A stretch of DNA of 64,000 nucleotides from Heterodontus francisci (GCF_036365525.1 NC_090421.1:6204725-6268724); one strand, 5' to 3'. Shown: positions 26,736 to 39,860, counted from the stretch's first letter. Numbers and translations: made by a program. Notes: generated by a model not told the origin, from the sequence alone.

Positions 26736-27036
26736 TGTAAATGGTAGAGAACAATAATATTTTAAACTTATAAAGACATCCAGCACCCAAAAGGATTACA
26801 TCTATTAGTTACAGCATGATATATTAAAATCAAATTCTCACACCATATTTCACCTACACTTCTATGAATGTAAGCTAGTGGTGGGGACTGTGCTTCAAAT
26901 TCCCTGGCCTAACTCTGAATAAACTCTACGTTTGGTATGGAATAAATACACTGAGTGCCGTGTTTAATTACCTACATCAGAATCTTTATTGGTCCTGACA
27001 CCAACAAGGCTCAAAAACTCTTCTGTCAGTCCTTAG

Positions 27037-27345
27037 ACAACAACAACTTGCATTTATATAGCACCTTTAATGTAGTGAAGCGTCCCAAGGCGCTTCACAG
27101 GAGTATAATCAGACAAAATATGACATCAAGCCACATAAAGAGATATTAGGGCAGGTGGCCAAAAACTTAGACAAAGGAGCATCTTAAAGGAGGTGAGACA
27201 GGTAGGGATGTGGAGATTTAGAGAGGGAATTCTGGAGCTTAGAGCCAAGGCAGCTGAAGGAATGACCACCAATGGTGAGGCGATGGAAATCGAGGGTGCA
27301 CAAGTGGCCAGAGTTGGAGGAACGCACAGATCTTGGAAGGTTGTA
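27037..27345 (-). mobile_element. L2 LINE 3' end
   Basis: Reverse complement of the L2 tail and ORF2 end. Confidence 0.8.
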
Positions 27346-29888
27346 GACACAACATGTTTCCAGGTATGTCGTATTCCCAGAGATATGCCACGCCCAAGAA
27401 CTTTAGAAGCTTTGGTGTAAACGCAACTCTCGGCTGGTTTGTGTGTGTGTGTGAGCACAGTGCTGCTCAGAGTTGAGCAACAATAGTCATTGCATCTTAA
27501 AAGAAAAAAAACCCGAACAAATGTTGGGTGTCTGCCACTCGCCCTCAGTCTGGATATCATTGTTTTCACTTGGTGCCCTGCCTGTCAAGATGCCCACACA
27601 AAGTATTGCTGAAATAATCCAATTGGCCATACAGGTATAAACAGTTAAGTAACCACACAATAAATAGAAATGTTAAAAATATGAATGTATATTCCAGATG
27701 AAATGAGCAAGATACAAGAAAATAGAATGGTTGAGGAATAGGATGTTGACAATTAATTAGCAAAAATGCAATTTCCAACGTTACTGCCAAAAGCCTGGAA
27801 TTAATATTTTTTTAAACATACAGATACTTAAACAAAGCACTTAGATACACTTAACATATGCTGACCATGTTGGAATGCCAACTACTGAGGTTTGCCATGT
27901 GGTTACTAAGACTAAGGCCCCAGGATGTTAAATAAGTTAATTACAGTGATTCACTGAACAGTTTGAACACCTGACTTTGAAGTCTGAACATCTTTCTTCA
28001 GCTGTTCCAGACAATTTCCATTTCAAAGAGCACTTCTCTGGTTGGGAATATTCGCAGGCCAGGTGGGAAGTGTTCACAAGTGCTGGCATAGGTTCTGCAG
28101 AGCAAGACACTTGTTTAAACCGTTCTTTCCACCCCCCAAAAGTTCAAGTGCTGCTTTTTTGTCACCCTCCTTGACCACTGACAAGGAACTGCATTCTGAG
28201 GGTCTGCCAAGTCACCACCTCCCTTTATGATTAACACTTTGCAAAGAAGAATTTAACATCTGAGTCTCCTGGGCTGGAATGCGAGTTAATAATGGGCTAT
28301 AACACTGGTTAAATAATAAGTGATAAGTAATTTAGCAGGAAATCCTTTGTACTGGATTTATCAAAGTGAATTTAAAATTAAAACTCTGAGTAGAACAGAC
28401 AGTCTCTGGGTTCCTTTCATGCTGACATTGCCAACAGTGTGGTTCAAACAACCCTCATGAATCCCATTGTTTGATGTAAACTGGTATTTGATCCTCTTGC
28501 ACTGTTATTGTGGGAACTTGGGATGACTTTGGCTAAAAGAAAAATCCAGCTCAACAATCTTTTATTTCACAATACAATGCCCCGTCCACATGGCTACACA
28601 GCTTGGTCAATACATTTTGCTTTATTCTGTACATACCGGCCTATCAAGACTGAAGCCAGTCTCTCCATCTTTCACCATCTGACTCTTATCAACTGCCCTG
28701 GCTGCCTGTTCAAGGCTGAGCCCAGTGATGCACTGTGGCCCATAAGACATGAGCTGAACTTCCTACACCCAGCATCCACTGCCAAGCTCAGCTGCTGCAG
28801 CTTCCAAAACATTATCGGCTTCTCCACACTTTCAGAACCTTGAGATGTTCCCCTCAAATGTTCTCCACATCTTTTACGAAGCTCCACCCCTCAAGCCTCA
28901 GATAATCCGAAATTCTCTTGCCCAAGTTCTCACCCACGTGATGTGCCACTAAAGCCATCCCCTTTGTCCTCACCCAACTCTCAGTGGCCCAGGAATTGAG
29001 TTCATGCTCGGTTCTTGATCCCTCCATGGCCTCTCCCCAAGCTGAATAATCTCCAAACCCCCCCACCGCCCTATTCCCACCCACTCCCAAACCCCGCCAT
29101 AACCTTTTAGCTCCCTTGCCGGGTGTTCACTTGTCCCCACTACTAAGAGCTGAGTTGGTCTATTTATATGAGGGACGCGATGGAAGTAAATCCTTGCCTC
29201 CTATCTGGTAATGGTGGTTGTTGACATTGATCGTAACGGAGGTGTTTTGCTGGTTTCCGCCTTGCTGTGGGATTACATTTACATCCATTATCTCTCAGAG
29301 TGACAATCCTGGGTCCGGGCAGCTACAACACCTACGGAGCTTAACTGAAGTCGTCTGTTTTGCCAGTGAGCCGGGGCTAACCTGAAGGCAGCTGCATTTG
29401 ATCTGAAGAAGCCGCTGACAAGAGAACTGACAGCATGGCAGTGCCAACTGGAGCGGGGGCACTGGTCGGCAGAATGGGAAGTGGAATCTCAATAACCAGA
29501 GTCATGTTGGAGCCCTGTTTGCAGTTGGGAGGCCTGGACCCTCTCCTCCGTGATAACAACAGGTTAGCCGGTTAAAAGTGTGACAAGACAGCTTCCAAAG
29601 CATTTAGAAACTCAATGCTCTCTCTCTCCCCCACCCCTCCTCCAAGCTAAGCTAATAAGCTGAACCCATGGCATTTGAGGTGGGCTCTGAAGATCATTTC
29701 CTCCTGATAGTTTCCCTATTCGCAACCAGTTGCTGCAAGGATGAGAATCCCTGTCACAACAAACACAGCCCAAGTTGTGTTACGCTGAAATACGCCTGTT
29801 GTCCATCAAAATATCTAGTTAAAAAAAAGACAGAAAAAGTCTACATTGCATAAGAATGAAACGTGTCCCAGTGGCTGTTCTGCGATGG

Positions 29889-30347
29889 TTACTTGCACAC
29901 GTTGACCCACTCGCTGACCCTACATTCATCACACAACACGTAGCAACACCAATGGAAACGGCAGTGGCATCGCTCGTTTCGGGTCTGTTTGAGGATGTTG
30001 TGGCCTCTCCCACAACACAGACTGTCACAGTTATCCATCCCTTGGCTCGTTTTATTGCAGACCCTTCCCCGTGTCCCCGGCGAGTCCGTGCCGAGGTCCA
30101 TTTCGCAGAAATCCGGAGATTTCTCAAAGTACACCATGTCCTTGTAAATCCTCCTCCGGTTTTGCTTCAGGCTGAACTGGCCTGTATTTTTATTGTGAGT
30201 TTTGATGAGAACCGCATTCTGGAATCGCTCCTTTAACACAGTCCCGACCTGTCGAAAATCAGGGGTCACCTGCCAGCAGGTTTTAAACTGGCAACTGCCG
30301 GAAGTGCCATGACATTTACACTTGCGCTTCATGTTGTCAATCACTGC
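29889..30347 (-). CDS. wnt10b: Wnt10b coding exon 4 (terminal)
   Basis: TTTCAG acceptor; [17 protein letters not shown]...[24 protein letters not shown]-stop. Total CDS 1152 nt, 383 aa. Confidence 0.95.
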   Translation of the reverse strand, partial: AVIDNMKRKCKCHGTSGSCQFKTCWQVTPDFRQVGTVLKERFQNAVLIKTHNKNTGQFSLKQNRRRIYKDMVYFEKSPDFCEMDLGTDSPGTRGRVCNKTSQGMDNCDSLCCGRGHNILKQTRNERCHCRFHWCCYVLCDECRVSEWVNVCK

Positions 30348-30639
30348 CTGAAATTTAGAAGAAAAGCAATCAAACAGAAATACCAAAGGAAGCACTGGAG
30401 CAATGAACAAACCTGCTAACCCCTCTCCAGCACCCTCTTAACACAGAAGTCAAATCAAAATGAACCATGTTAATGATCTGATGAGATCTCAGTCATCAGG
30501 TTAAATGCTATCCCTTCAAGGACTGAATGTCTCTTCGAGCTTTCAGATATACTTGTAAATCTCCAGTGATTCTGCTCAGAGCCAGCCTTGGAAGGGTGGG
30601 GGGGGAGGGGGGGAAGGTATGTCTTTTAGTTGGAAAATA

Positions 30640-30897
30640 AGAAAAGACTTGCATTTATATAGCGCCTTTCACAACCTCAGGACATCCCAAAGCGCTTTAC
30701 AGCCAATGAATTACTTCTGAAGTGTAATCACCATTGGAATGTAGGAATGCAGCAGGCAAATTACGCACAGCAAGCTCCCACAAACAGCAATTTGATAATG
30801 ACCAGATAATCTGCTTTTGTGATGTTGAATGAGGGATAAAGATTGGCTGGGACACCGGGGAGAACTCCCCTGCCCTTCTTCGAAATAGTGCCACGGG
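30640..30897 (-). mobile_element. Deu-domain SINE
   Basis: Reverse complement of the SINE core and tail, in Wnt10b intron 3. Confidence 0.8.
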
Positions 30898-31547
30898 ATA
30901 CAAAAAAAGAAAACCAAATGCTGGAAATACGCAGCAGGTTAGTCTGCATCTATAATGGGGGAAAGGCTGGGGTTTGCAGCCCTCTCTGTTTTTGTCTTTT
31001 CCCTGCATTTGTTGTAACAGGTTACAGTGCTGCCCAAGGAACAGCGAAGAACAACACATGTTGTTTTTAATGGACTGGGGGCATTACAATGTTACCAACG
31101 TCAGGGCTTTAATATATACCAGATCTGTGACATTGCTCACAGTGAGTGGTCTCACCTTGTGATTTTTGTCACTTTCTCATTCTGTGATTCTGATTTCTCT
31201 GTTTACCTTTGCCTTGTGTCGTAATGTGTGTGTTTCATTTCCAGCTGGTGCATGTTTGGCTCATGAATTTGTATCTTATGATAGTTCATTTGTGTCTGTG
31301 TATTTATCTGCAGTAATTTGTGTGGACTTGCAGGTTTACCTGTATGATGCTTATATGCGTTGACTGACATTTGTTACAATTGCTGTTTGTCTGCAGCTGT
31401 GCGACTGATTTTTTTTGAGTGTCTGTTTCGTTTTATTAGTCACTAAGAGTGCCATAGCAACCTGATGGCTTTCTTTCCTTAAATGATTGTGTTCTTCCAG
31501 TGGGATGTGTTTCGGATTGATCTTTATGTACAATACAGCCTATTTCC

Positions 31548-32198
31548 ACCCATAACATTGCCCAACTCTGTCCCTGCTTCAGCTCATCTGCTGCTGAAAC
31601 CTTCATGCCTTCGGTACCTCTAGACTTGACTATTGCAACGCGCTCCAGGCCGACCTCCCATCTTCCACCCTTTATAAACTTGAGTTCACCCAAAACTCTG
31701 CTGCCTCTATCCTAGCTCATACCAAGTCCCATTCCCCTATCAGCTCTGTGCTCGCTGACCTACATTGGCACCAGGTCAGGTAATGTATCTGCAGTATTTT
31801 GCTTTTATTTCAAATTTTCATCCTTGTTTTCAAATCCCTCCATGGCCTCGCCCCCCTCCCTCCCCTCCCTATCTCTGTAACCTCCTCCAGCCCTACAACC
31901 CTCTGAGATCTCTGCGCTGCTCCAATTCTGGCCTCTTGCCCATCCCCAATTTTGATTACTCCACCATTGGCGGCCGTGCCTTTGGCTGCCTAGGCCCTAA
32001 GCTCTGGAATTCCCTCCCTAAACCTTTCTGCCACTCTCCATCTCTCTCCTCTTTTATGACACTCCTTAAAACTTACCTCTTACTGTCCTAATGTCTCCTT
32101 ATGTGGCTCAGTGTCAGATTTTGTTGGATAACATGCCTGTGAAGTGCCTTAGGATGTTTTACTACATTAAAGACGCAATATAAATGGAAGTTGTTGTT
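31548..32198 (+). mobile_element. L2 LINE 3' end
   Basis: PYLCNLLQPYNPLRSLR...GGRAF..LGPKLWNSLP...LLKTYL; (GTT)n tail. Confidence 0.88.
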
Positions 32199-33421
32199 CT
32201 TTGCAATAAATGTGTTTATGTCGAATGATTTGTTTTTGTGTATTGTGTGATTTCCCCTGTGTCCCTGATGTTTTTGTCATCTTAGCTCGGGGAAAAAAAT
32301 GGGGAAAGAGAGGGAGGAATAGAGGTGGAGGTGGCTGGGCAGAGAAAAAATTAATTAGAAGGAGACATAGACTGCAAAAAAAGCTAGAAAAAGAAGTTGG
32401 CAGACAAAGGAGCAGGAGAGATGAAGCCAGTGAAAAAAGACAAATGAGGAAAGAATTAGACAGGGCAAGATGAGGCAGAGAGCAAGCAGAAGGGAAATTG
32501 TGACGTAAGATAGGCTGGAAGTGGCCAAGAAGAAAGGATTACAGATAAATCACCCTGAGTAGCTGTGAAGGAGCAGGGATTGCAGATTAGAGCAGAAATG
32601 CTAGCACAAGAGCTGTGACAGAGGAAGAGATAGAAGCGGTGGTGAAGGTGAAAAGCAATGGTGGGATAGAGCACAAACATCAGAAAAGAGTCTGTTAATG
32701 ATGGAAAGGTCAGTCTGGAACCAGAGCAGAGACAGGTGGGGTAAAGTTCATGGGGTGCATGGACAAATGAAATGAAGATGAAATTAATGGCAGAATATTC
32801 ATTGAAATTGATCAAATTGAAAACAGGACTAAAAATATAACTTTCTGGGAGCAAGGAGGAGGAAAATACAAAATGCTTTCAAAGCCAGCATAACATTAAA
32901 ATTTAAAAGAAGAACAAGTTAAAAAAGAAAAAAAAGCAAACACACTCACAGTAGAGAGAATTCTACAGAAGCTGTGGGAACAGATTAGCAGACTCTGAGG
33001 CACTGAGGGCAATGTGACAGCCAAGTCAGAACTAACACTGAAACTTCATTATAGTGTCACCTACCAGCGTCACAGTAAAACAGGTAAGTGTGGCCATCTT
33101 AAAGTGAGAATCCTCATAGGAAATGTTTACATAGCAGTTTGTAATGGAATGTGCAACCCATGTACTGATTTTGACATATTATTGATAGATACAATGAATG
33201 ATGGGGACAATTAGCAGGTGTGGTGAGCTAAATGGCTTTGTGTGCTGTGATTTCTATTATTCTATATTATTGAATATTATCCAGTAAAATTACAGAAATG
33301 GGCCATCAATTTTCAATTTATAGTACACTTTGCATGATCTGTAAATCACCTGAAAACCCTTGAATTGTTAAAGAGATGCCTGTTACCAGATAGAGAAGGG
33401 CTATTTCTTTGTGCTTACTGA

Positions 33422-33523
33422 CTTCACTTTTGGGCCTCCTTATCTCGAGAGACAATGGATACGCGCCTGGAGGTGGTCAGTGGTTTGTGAAGCAGCGCCT
33501 GGAGTGGCTATAAAGGCCAATTC
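33422..33523 (-). mobile_element. 102-bp young retroposon insertion (RTE-like 3' end) with perfect 12-bp TSD
   Basis: TGTGCTTACTGA at 33410-33421 and 33524-33535; CpGs retained inside. Confidence 0.75.
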
Positions 33524-33849
33524 TGTGCTTACTGAAAGGTTTAACAAAAGAACTTATGAATGGAAATCTTTTCTTCAGAAAGCTAGGTGTGATTTTCCTG
33601 TTACATTGAGGGACAGTTTTTTATTGTGATAGTTCAAGCACCATGTGTGTGCACCCGGGCACTAGTACAACAAATTTAAATCGTGTATCTGTGGTACCAG
33701 TTTAAGTGAGTGTAGGGAGCTTGCTGGGCTATTGATTCATCATATGGTGACATTATGATAGCTGAACAGAATGGAACGGCCTAAGAAATGAATGCCACAA
33801 GGGGAAAGCAAAATGATGTCAGAAAGAGCTTGAGTGGTCTCTTTGGAGT

Positions 33850-34130
33850 TTACTGGTCAACTCCCTGTACACATTGAAAATGGATTGTTTCAATAGTAAA
33901 GAATTGTACGCTACACACAAACGATAAAGGGAACCTCTAAATAAGTAAGGCTGCGGTATGGATTCCAGTCCCCAACATGACCCCATTTGCAGTACCCACC
34001 AGTCACGGAAGGCTTCGAGTGAATCAGTGGACACTGCATGGTCATAGTGCTTGGCCACTCAGGTGTGTAGTAAAGGGGTGTACCCTGAAGTCTTGTTCAA
34101 AGGCCCAATGTCAGCAGGCCAACTATAAGG
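33850..34130 (-). mobile_element. Degenerate L1/Tx1-like ORF2 C-terminal fragment
   Basis: Translation DHAVSTDSLEAFRDWW resembles Tx1-type ORF2 ends. Confidence 0.45.
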
Positions 34131-34935
34131 AGGACGCCACTGATAAAAATCAGAGGGCCTATGGCGTTAGATGTAACCAACAATTTGCAAATTTGAGCCA
34201 ATGAAACAATCAATATTCTACAGTTCCCACTGGTTGTGGAAGATGTCAAACAAACTAATGGGCACCACATGGTCACATGAGCATGACTACACTCCTGTGC
34301 CAAATGTGACTATTCCAACTTTTCTGTATTGGTACAGCATGCCCATGTTTTCCACTTAATGGCACATTAATAATTATTTCAATGTGCTTTCACTGTAATA
34401 TGGATGTAGAAATTGTTAAAGATTAATATTGATCACTTTGCCTTGTTAGATCTGTGCAGGTAATCTTGACAGATAACGTATCTAAAGTTCTGTCCAGCTG
34501 CATTATACAGAACCACTGATCAGAATACTTCTGACAAATGTGTGTTGGTGGAGATTTAATTTGCGACAAAATGGTTCGGTTGGAGTGCGTGAAATGACCA
34601 GAAATCAAAGTCCCAAACCATTTCCTGTAAACATATACTCAACTCATTCATTCGGGTTACATCAATCACTTTTATTTTACCCCTTTACTCTTGTGAATAG
34701 GTTCCCTTACTGCCTGCATTACAGCCCAAAGTATAATTACGGGGCATTGACTCAATGAAGATTCCATCTCCATCAGGATCTCACTCACAGCTGGAACAAG
34801 TCAAGACTCACCTGCACCTGGCTTTCAAACACCTAACGCCCAGCTGGAGTAACTGAATTGCTGATGCTACAACTTTCTGGCTCTTTGTTTCTGATTTTAC
34901 AGCATGAAGAAGAATAATCTCCTCATTATAGACAC

Positions 34936-35003
34936 TTTAGCGCCGGTAACATACATTTAGCGCCGGTAACAGACATTTAGCGCCGGTAACAGACATTTAG
35001 CGC
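34936..35003 (+). repeat. 20-bp tandem repeat, ~3.4 copies
   Basis: TTTAGCGCCGGTAACAGACA units, nearly perfect, no spacers. Confidence 0.9.
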
Positions 35004-35275
35004 AGTTAAGACACACACTGATCTGGAAGCGCTTATTGACAGGCCCGCTGGGCTATTGAGGACTAGTGGGGTATTGGTTCCTGTAGAATTGAGATGCTTC
35101 GAAATTCTCAGACCTTTCTACCAGAGTAAGAAAAGTACATTTTGCACAGAGCTGAGTGTAATTTACAAAGTACTGAGGATCCATTTCATAGACACGTGTT
35201 TGTGTTCTTGTAAAAATGACGAGCATCAAACTTACAATGAATGGCCAACACACATCCTCACAATGGTTTGCTTAC

Positions 35276-35640
35276 CTGCCTTCCCAGCTTGTTGTTGTGG
35301 AGTCTCATTCTCCCGTGGATGTCTCTCGATGTCTCTCGGGAGTCCAGAAAGTCCCTGGAAAATTTCTCACCGAATTCAATGTCGTGGTTGCAGTCGCCCC
35401 GCTCCCAGGAGTCCTGGATCCCGGGGAAACGCTCCTCGGGCTCGGGGATGGAGACAGGGAGCCCCTGAGTCAGGGCCTGAACCCGCAGCTGGTGGAGCTT
35501 GAAGCGGAGGTTCTGATCGTCTTCTCTCCGCTTCTGGTCGCAACCGCAGCCCTTCAGCTTTCCCAAGCTGCAGGCAGTAGCCACTGAGTGGGTGACCCCC
35601 GCGGCCAGCAGGGAGAACATGAATGCACTTTCCCGGAACC
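35276..35640 (-). CDS. wnt10b: Wnt10b coding exon 3
   Basis: CCCAG acceptor; [29 protein letters not shown]...[14 protein letters not shown]...HNNKLGRQ; GTAAGC donor; 365 nt. Confidence 0.95.
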
Positions 35641-35924
35641 CTGGGCGGACACAATAACACGTGGGTTAGCAGCTGGCAGTTCAAGTCTTCGAGAAAAGAA
35701 ACAGAGAAGCTCCTTATGACACAGATTATAATAATGGGGCATCAGACTATTATCAGACTGCTATGTAACAGACAGTTACATCATTGCTAAGTGTGAGAGA
35801 CATGTCTCTGTGAGCTTATTGTCATCCACAAAATTAAATCATTGGGCACCTTCTGAAATGTTGCTCCAGAATCCAGGCCATCTCTTTAAACGAAGTAACA
35901 CGAGGTTCCCAGCAAAGATCAAAT

Positions 35925-36770
35925 ACCACAGGGACAGGAGGAGGCCATTCAGCCCCTCCAGCCTACTGCGCCATTCAATTCCATCATGGCTCATCTTGCG
36001 TGTCCATCTAACCGCCTTGGTTCCCTAACCCTTACAGCAGCCTCAGTGTTGAGATTTTTAATGGACCCCCTGCATCCACAGCCGTTTTGGGGGGGGGGGG
36101 GGGGGGGTGGGGGTGGGGGGAGCTCCAGATTTCCACTCCCCTTTATGTGAAGAAATGCTTCCTGACATCACCCCTGAACGGCCCTGGCTCTAAGTTTAAG
36201 GTTCTGCCCCCTTGTAATGGACTCTCCCACCAGAGGAAATAGTTTCTCTCTATCTACCCCATCAATTCCTTTAATGAGCTTAAACACCTCAGTCTGATCA
36301 CCCCTTAATCTCCTATACTTGAAAGAATACAAGTCTAGTCTGTGCAACCTGTCCTCCGAATTTCTCTCTTTTATCCCCAGTATAATTCTGATGACCCTGT
36401 GCTGCACTCTCGCCAAGGCCAATAATATCCTTACTGAGGTACAGTGCCCCGAACTGAATGCCCAACTCCAGATGCAGTCTAAACCACCGCTTTATACACC
36501 TGCAGCACAACTTCCACCCAACCCAGCCCCTTGAGATAAAGGCCAACATTTCATTTGCCTTTCTGGTTGTTTTTTTGGGTACCTCTCTACTGGTTTTTAG
36601 TGATTTGCGTCCTTAGACTCCCAGATGTCTCTGCTCCTTCACAGTTCTTACCTTCTCACCATTTAGAAAATACTCTGATCTATCTTCTGAGGTCCAAACG
36701 TCCCCACACTGAACTCCATCTGCCACCGCTTTGCTCACTCGCTAAATCTACCAATGTCTCTTTGCAAAAT
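35925..36770 (-). mobile_element. CR1 LINE 3' part, degenerate
   Basis: ALARVQHR...YRRLRGDQTEVFKLIKGIDGVDREKLFPL; CR1 tail. Confidence 0.85.
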
Positions 36771-37471
36771 GACGTTTTGTGAAAAGAAACATGGTGAACT
36801 CTAATTAGCACACATTGCCTGAACTGGCCACGATTAGTCATAAGATCCCTGATTAACATTATGGAGATGGTATCGTGAATAATGGATATTCACTGGATCT
36901 GAGAGAATTGCAGATGTTTCTGTGGTGCGAGTTGGTTTGGGGTCAATACGTGCAGGAGTGATTCAGCCACAATACACATTCAAGCCCCAAACTAAGCAGG
37001 AGCCCCACGCACATCTGCAATTCATCCCGAACATCTGTTATTGTGTATTGTTTTCATTACGTAAGGACCTCTCCGCTCTCCCCTCTCCTCTCCAATGTCC
37101 AGCATGGAATCGGGGCGGAATGATGCCCAGGGCTTGGTATCTGAGGTCGGGGTGCGAAGTTACAGGCACACAGCCTACAGGTTCTACAGTATCTGTTGCC
37201 TGAAAATGCAGAATAACGCACCGTGTATACCTCACAACTCGTTTAAAGATACCGGTCCCCATTAAACGGTTGGAAATGCTCTCATGATTTGTTTCAATGC
37301 ACCCAACATCGATGTTTTTATCCGGAGGCATTCTTACAGAACCAGCTCCTCAGTGTTTACGGGACCAAGAGATCACGAGGTTGCAAACATTCTGGGATAA
37401 TTATATTTATTAACACAGAAGAATGCGGCCAATGCGTGAAGTTTTTGTTACATAAGATGCACCTCATGCAT

Positions 37472-37738
37472 AAAAGACTTGCATTGATATAGCGCCTTTC
37501 AGGACCTCGGGACGTCTCAAAGCGCTTTACAGCCAACGAAGTACTTTTTGAAGCGTAGTCACTGTTGTGGTGTAGGAAACGCGGCAGCCAATTTGCACAC
37601 AGCAAGATCCCACAAACAGCAACGTGATAATGGCCAGATCATCTGTTTGTGTGTGTGTGAAGGATTGGCCAGAAGACGGGTGGGAGAAATCCCTTGCTCT
37701 TCTTCCAAATAACCCCATGGGGTCTTTTACAGCCGCCT
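37472..37738 (-). mobile_element. Deu-domain SINE (CpG-retaining copy)
   Basis: Reverse complement of the SINE tail and core, in Wnt10b intron 2. Confidence 0.8.
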
Positions 37739-38818
37739 GACGTCTGGTTAAACGTTGGTTTGACGTCCCACTCCGAATACTAACATGCTAAAACATTCAC
37801 CATCATCATCTGTGTAAGTAACCTGTCTGTCCAGCGTCACACATTGTCTATCGCGAGAGTTGGATGCAGCACGTTCATTTCTTAACCCCCATCATTCAAC
37901 ACAGCACATTTAAAGCAAAACATGCAACACGTCTATCAAAGCACTATATCCCCATGACAACATGCTTATTCTGTTTATACCCAGCCCCAACTATCCAGCA
38001 TAGTTCATTCATTGATAATGTACACATGCCAGCTATCAAACTGTTAGGTCGGGGAAATCTACACACACCCAGAGCAGAAAATGACAGACTCATATTCCTT
38101 TAAATCCCACAGTATTTCTACGATGCACAGTTTCTGCACATGGTTCTGACATCAATCGGCGCCTTATTGATGCGGAGGACCAGAGCTGCAGAAGACTGGG
38201 GACAGAATTCCAAATTCAAATGCGCGCTTTAACGCAGTGTCTTTTCAAAAAGTAAGAAACCAACGCACGTTATGTTTTTGTTTTGCATTTTGATGCAGAA
38301 AGGCTCCTTCAGTCAGCCAAGTAAAACAAACACGGGACCTTGTCGTAATTAAGCGGTGAGAAGGCGATTCTGGAAAAAGACACCGGCTGCTGCGTGTGAA
38401 TTAATGGCGACTCCACACGCCCAGTGTAAAAGATGGGGTGGGGGTGCATAATTTGGGGGACACTGCCGCATTCACATTGTGAAGGGTTAGTGAGAATTTC
38501 GCTTTGATCTCAGTGCGGGCTGACATCAAACAGGGATAGAAATGAGTGTTTTTTGAGTGTTATTTTTAAATTATACATTCAATTGCTTCAAAATTCGCTA
38601 AAGTAGGTCAACCAAAGCGCTGAGCTAAACTCAGGCTCTCTCACCTCCGCTCGGCAGCTGGGACTGGCACACAACTTTGAAATGGATCAGAAATGAGCTT
38701 GTTTAATCGCTCTCATATCGTTACATCGCCGCTATGTTTAACCCTCCCGTGTTTTTTAATGCTGAGAGCCCCCACCGTGGCCTGACCCCGAGTGCCAGCG
38801 AGGTTCTTAGCCCGATAC

Positions 38819-39081
38819 CTCTGCTCAGGATGACGGTATCTTGCAGGATCTTTCCGCCGTTCTCCAGGGTTGAGCAGTTCCACCTCTGGTCCCAGAGTTG
38901 GTGCTGACATTCGTGAATGGCGATCTGGATCCCCTGAACCGCAGCGGCCGTGACATCAGGGCTTCTCACGCACAGACCCAGCTGCCGCCTGCTCAGACCC
39001 GGCAGGGTCAGACAGACCGTGTTGGCAGTCAGGATAGGGTCTGTAGGGATCTTCAGTCCCAGGATCTCATTCCCAGCAACA
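38819..39081 (-). CDS. wnt10b: Wnt10b coding exon 2
   Basis: CCTTTTCAG acceptor; [34 protein letters not shown]...[14 protein letters not shown]...ILSR; GT donor; 263 nt. Confidence 0.95.
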
Positions 39082-39261
39082 CTGAAAAGGAGAAACAATG
39101 GAAGAAGCAGCGTGGTTAATCGCAGAAATATTAAATACACTAAAACAATGCAGCAGGTCGTTTCACAAACAACAATACAACACAATTTTAACTCAGCAAG
39201 ACACAGCAGGCGGGATAATACGGCCACGCTGTGCCAGACTCCACTCAGAATGGTTTCTTAC

Positions 39262-39326
39262 CTGGAGATGGTGAGTGTGATGGTGAGAAGCATAGAGACA
39301 CGCCTGGAGTTCAGGGAAACTGCCAT
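39262..39326 (-). CDS. wnt10b: Wnt10b first coding exon (signal peptide)
   Basis: Strong Kozak GCCATGG; MAVSLNSRRVSMLLTITLTIS+AG then GTAAGA donor; 65 nt, phase 2 matches the next exon. Confidence 0.82.
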
Positions 39327-39589
39327 GGCAGGAAATTAACACGGCGCAAACAGATCGGTGCAAAGAACGATTGGGAACAACCCGGGAGACTGATCTCTCA
39401 AACCAGGTCTGGCAGCGAGGGGATCAGGATCATTACAATCTCGTGGTCAGTGTCATGTTGCATTTCCTTGCTCCTTATAGCCGCTAGATTGAGTCAGTCG
39501 GGACTTAAAAACAGTCACAGAGGGGGGAAAAATCCCCACAGACAGATTGAACCTGGATCAGTCAGTCTTCATTTGCCAGATCACTGACG

Positions 39590-39860
39590 CTTTCTATCTG
39601 TCACTCTCTATCTCCCTCTATCTTTGTATTGTATTTCAAGCGTTCCCTCTTTCACACCCTTTACTCACTGTCTCTCTCTCTCTCTCTCTGTCTCTCACTC
39701 CCCTCACAAACACACTCTCTGTCTTTTCTCTCGCCCTCTATCTCTCTCCCACCCGCACTCCCTCTATATTTCCCCCTCTCTTTCGTCCTCTTCCTCGTTC
39801 TCTCTCTCTCTCCTCTCGCTCCCTCTCCTCCCCCTCTCGTTTGCTTTCTTCTCTCCCTCC
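39590..39860. repeat. CT/GA-rich low-complexity tract
   Basis: Long (CT)n-like polypyrimidine run between the putative promoter and the ATG of Wnt10b. Confidence 0.85.

Noticed and set aside
28561-28626. Wnt10b polyA signals (two AATAAA on the minus strand)
   Set aside because: Plausible, but other candidates exist further downstream (26985, 25396); cannot choose without 3'-end data.
29856-30236. Plus-strand ORFs overlapping Wnt exons (also 35216-35587, 38950-39339, 55800-56186, 57521-57892)
   Set aside because: Antisense shadows of GC-rich coding exons.
34936-35003. CRISPR-like array
   Set aside because: Contiguous tandem units with no unique spacers, in a vertebrate intron with no cas genes.
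36089-36120. Poly-G runs (also 40723, 50316, 62927)
   Set aside because: Common homopolymers with assembly-sensitive length and no specific evidence of function.
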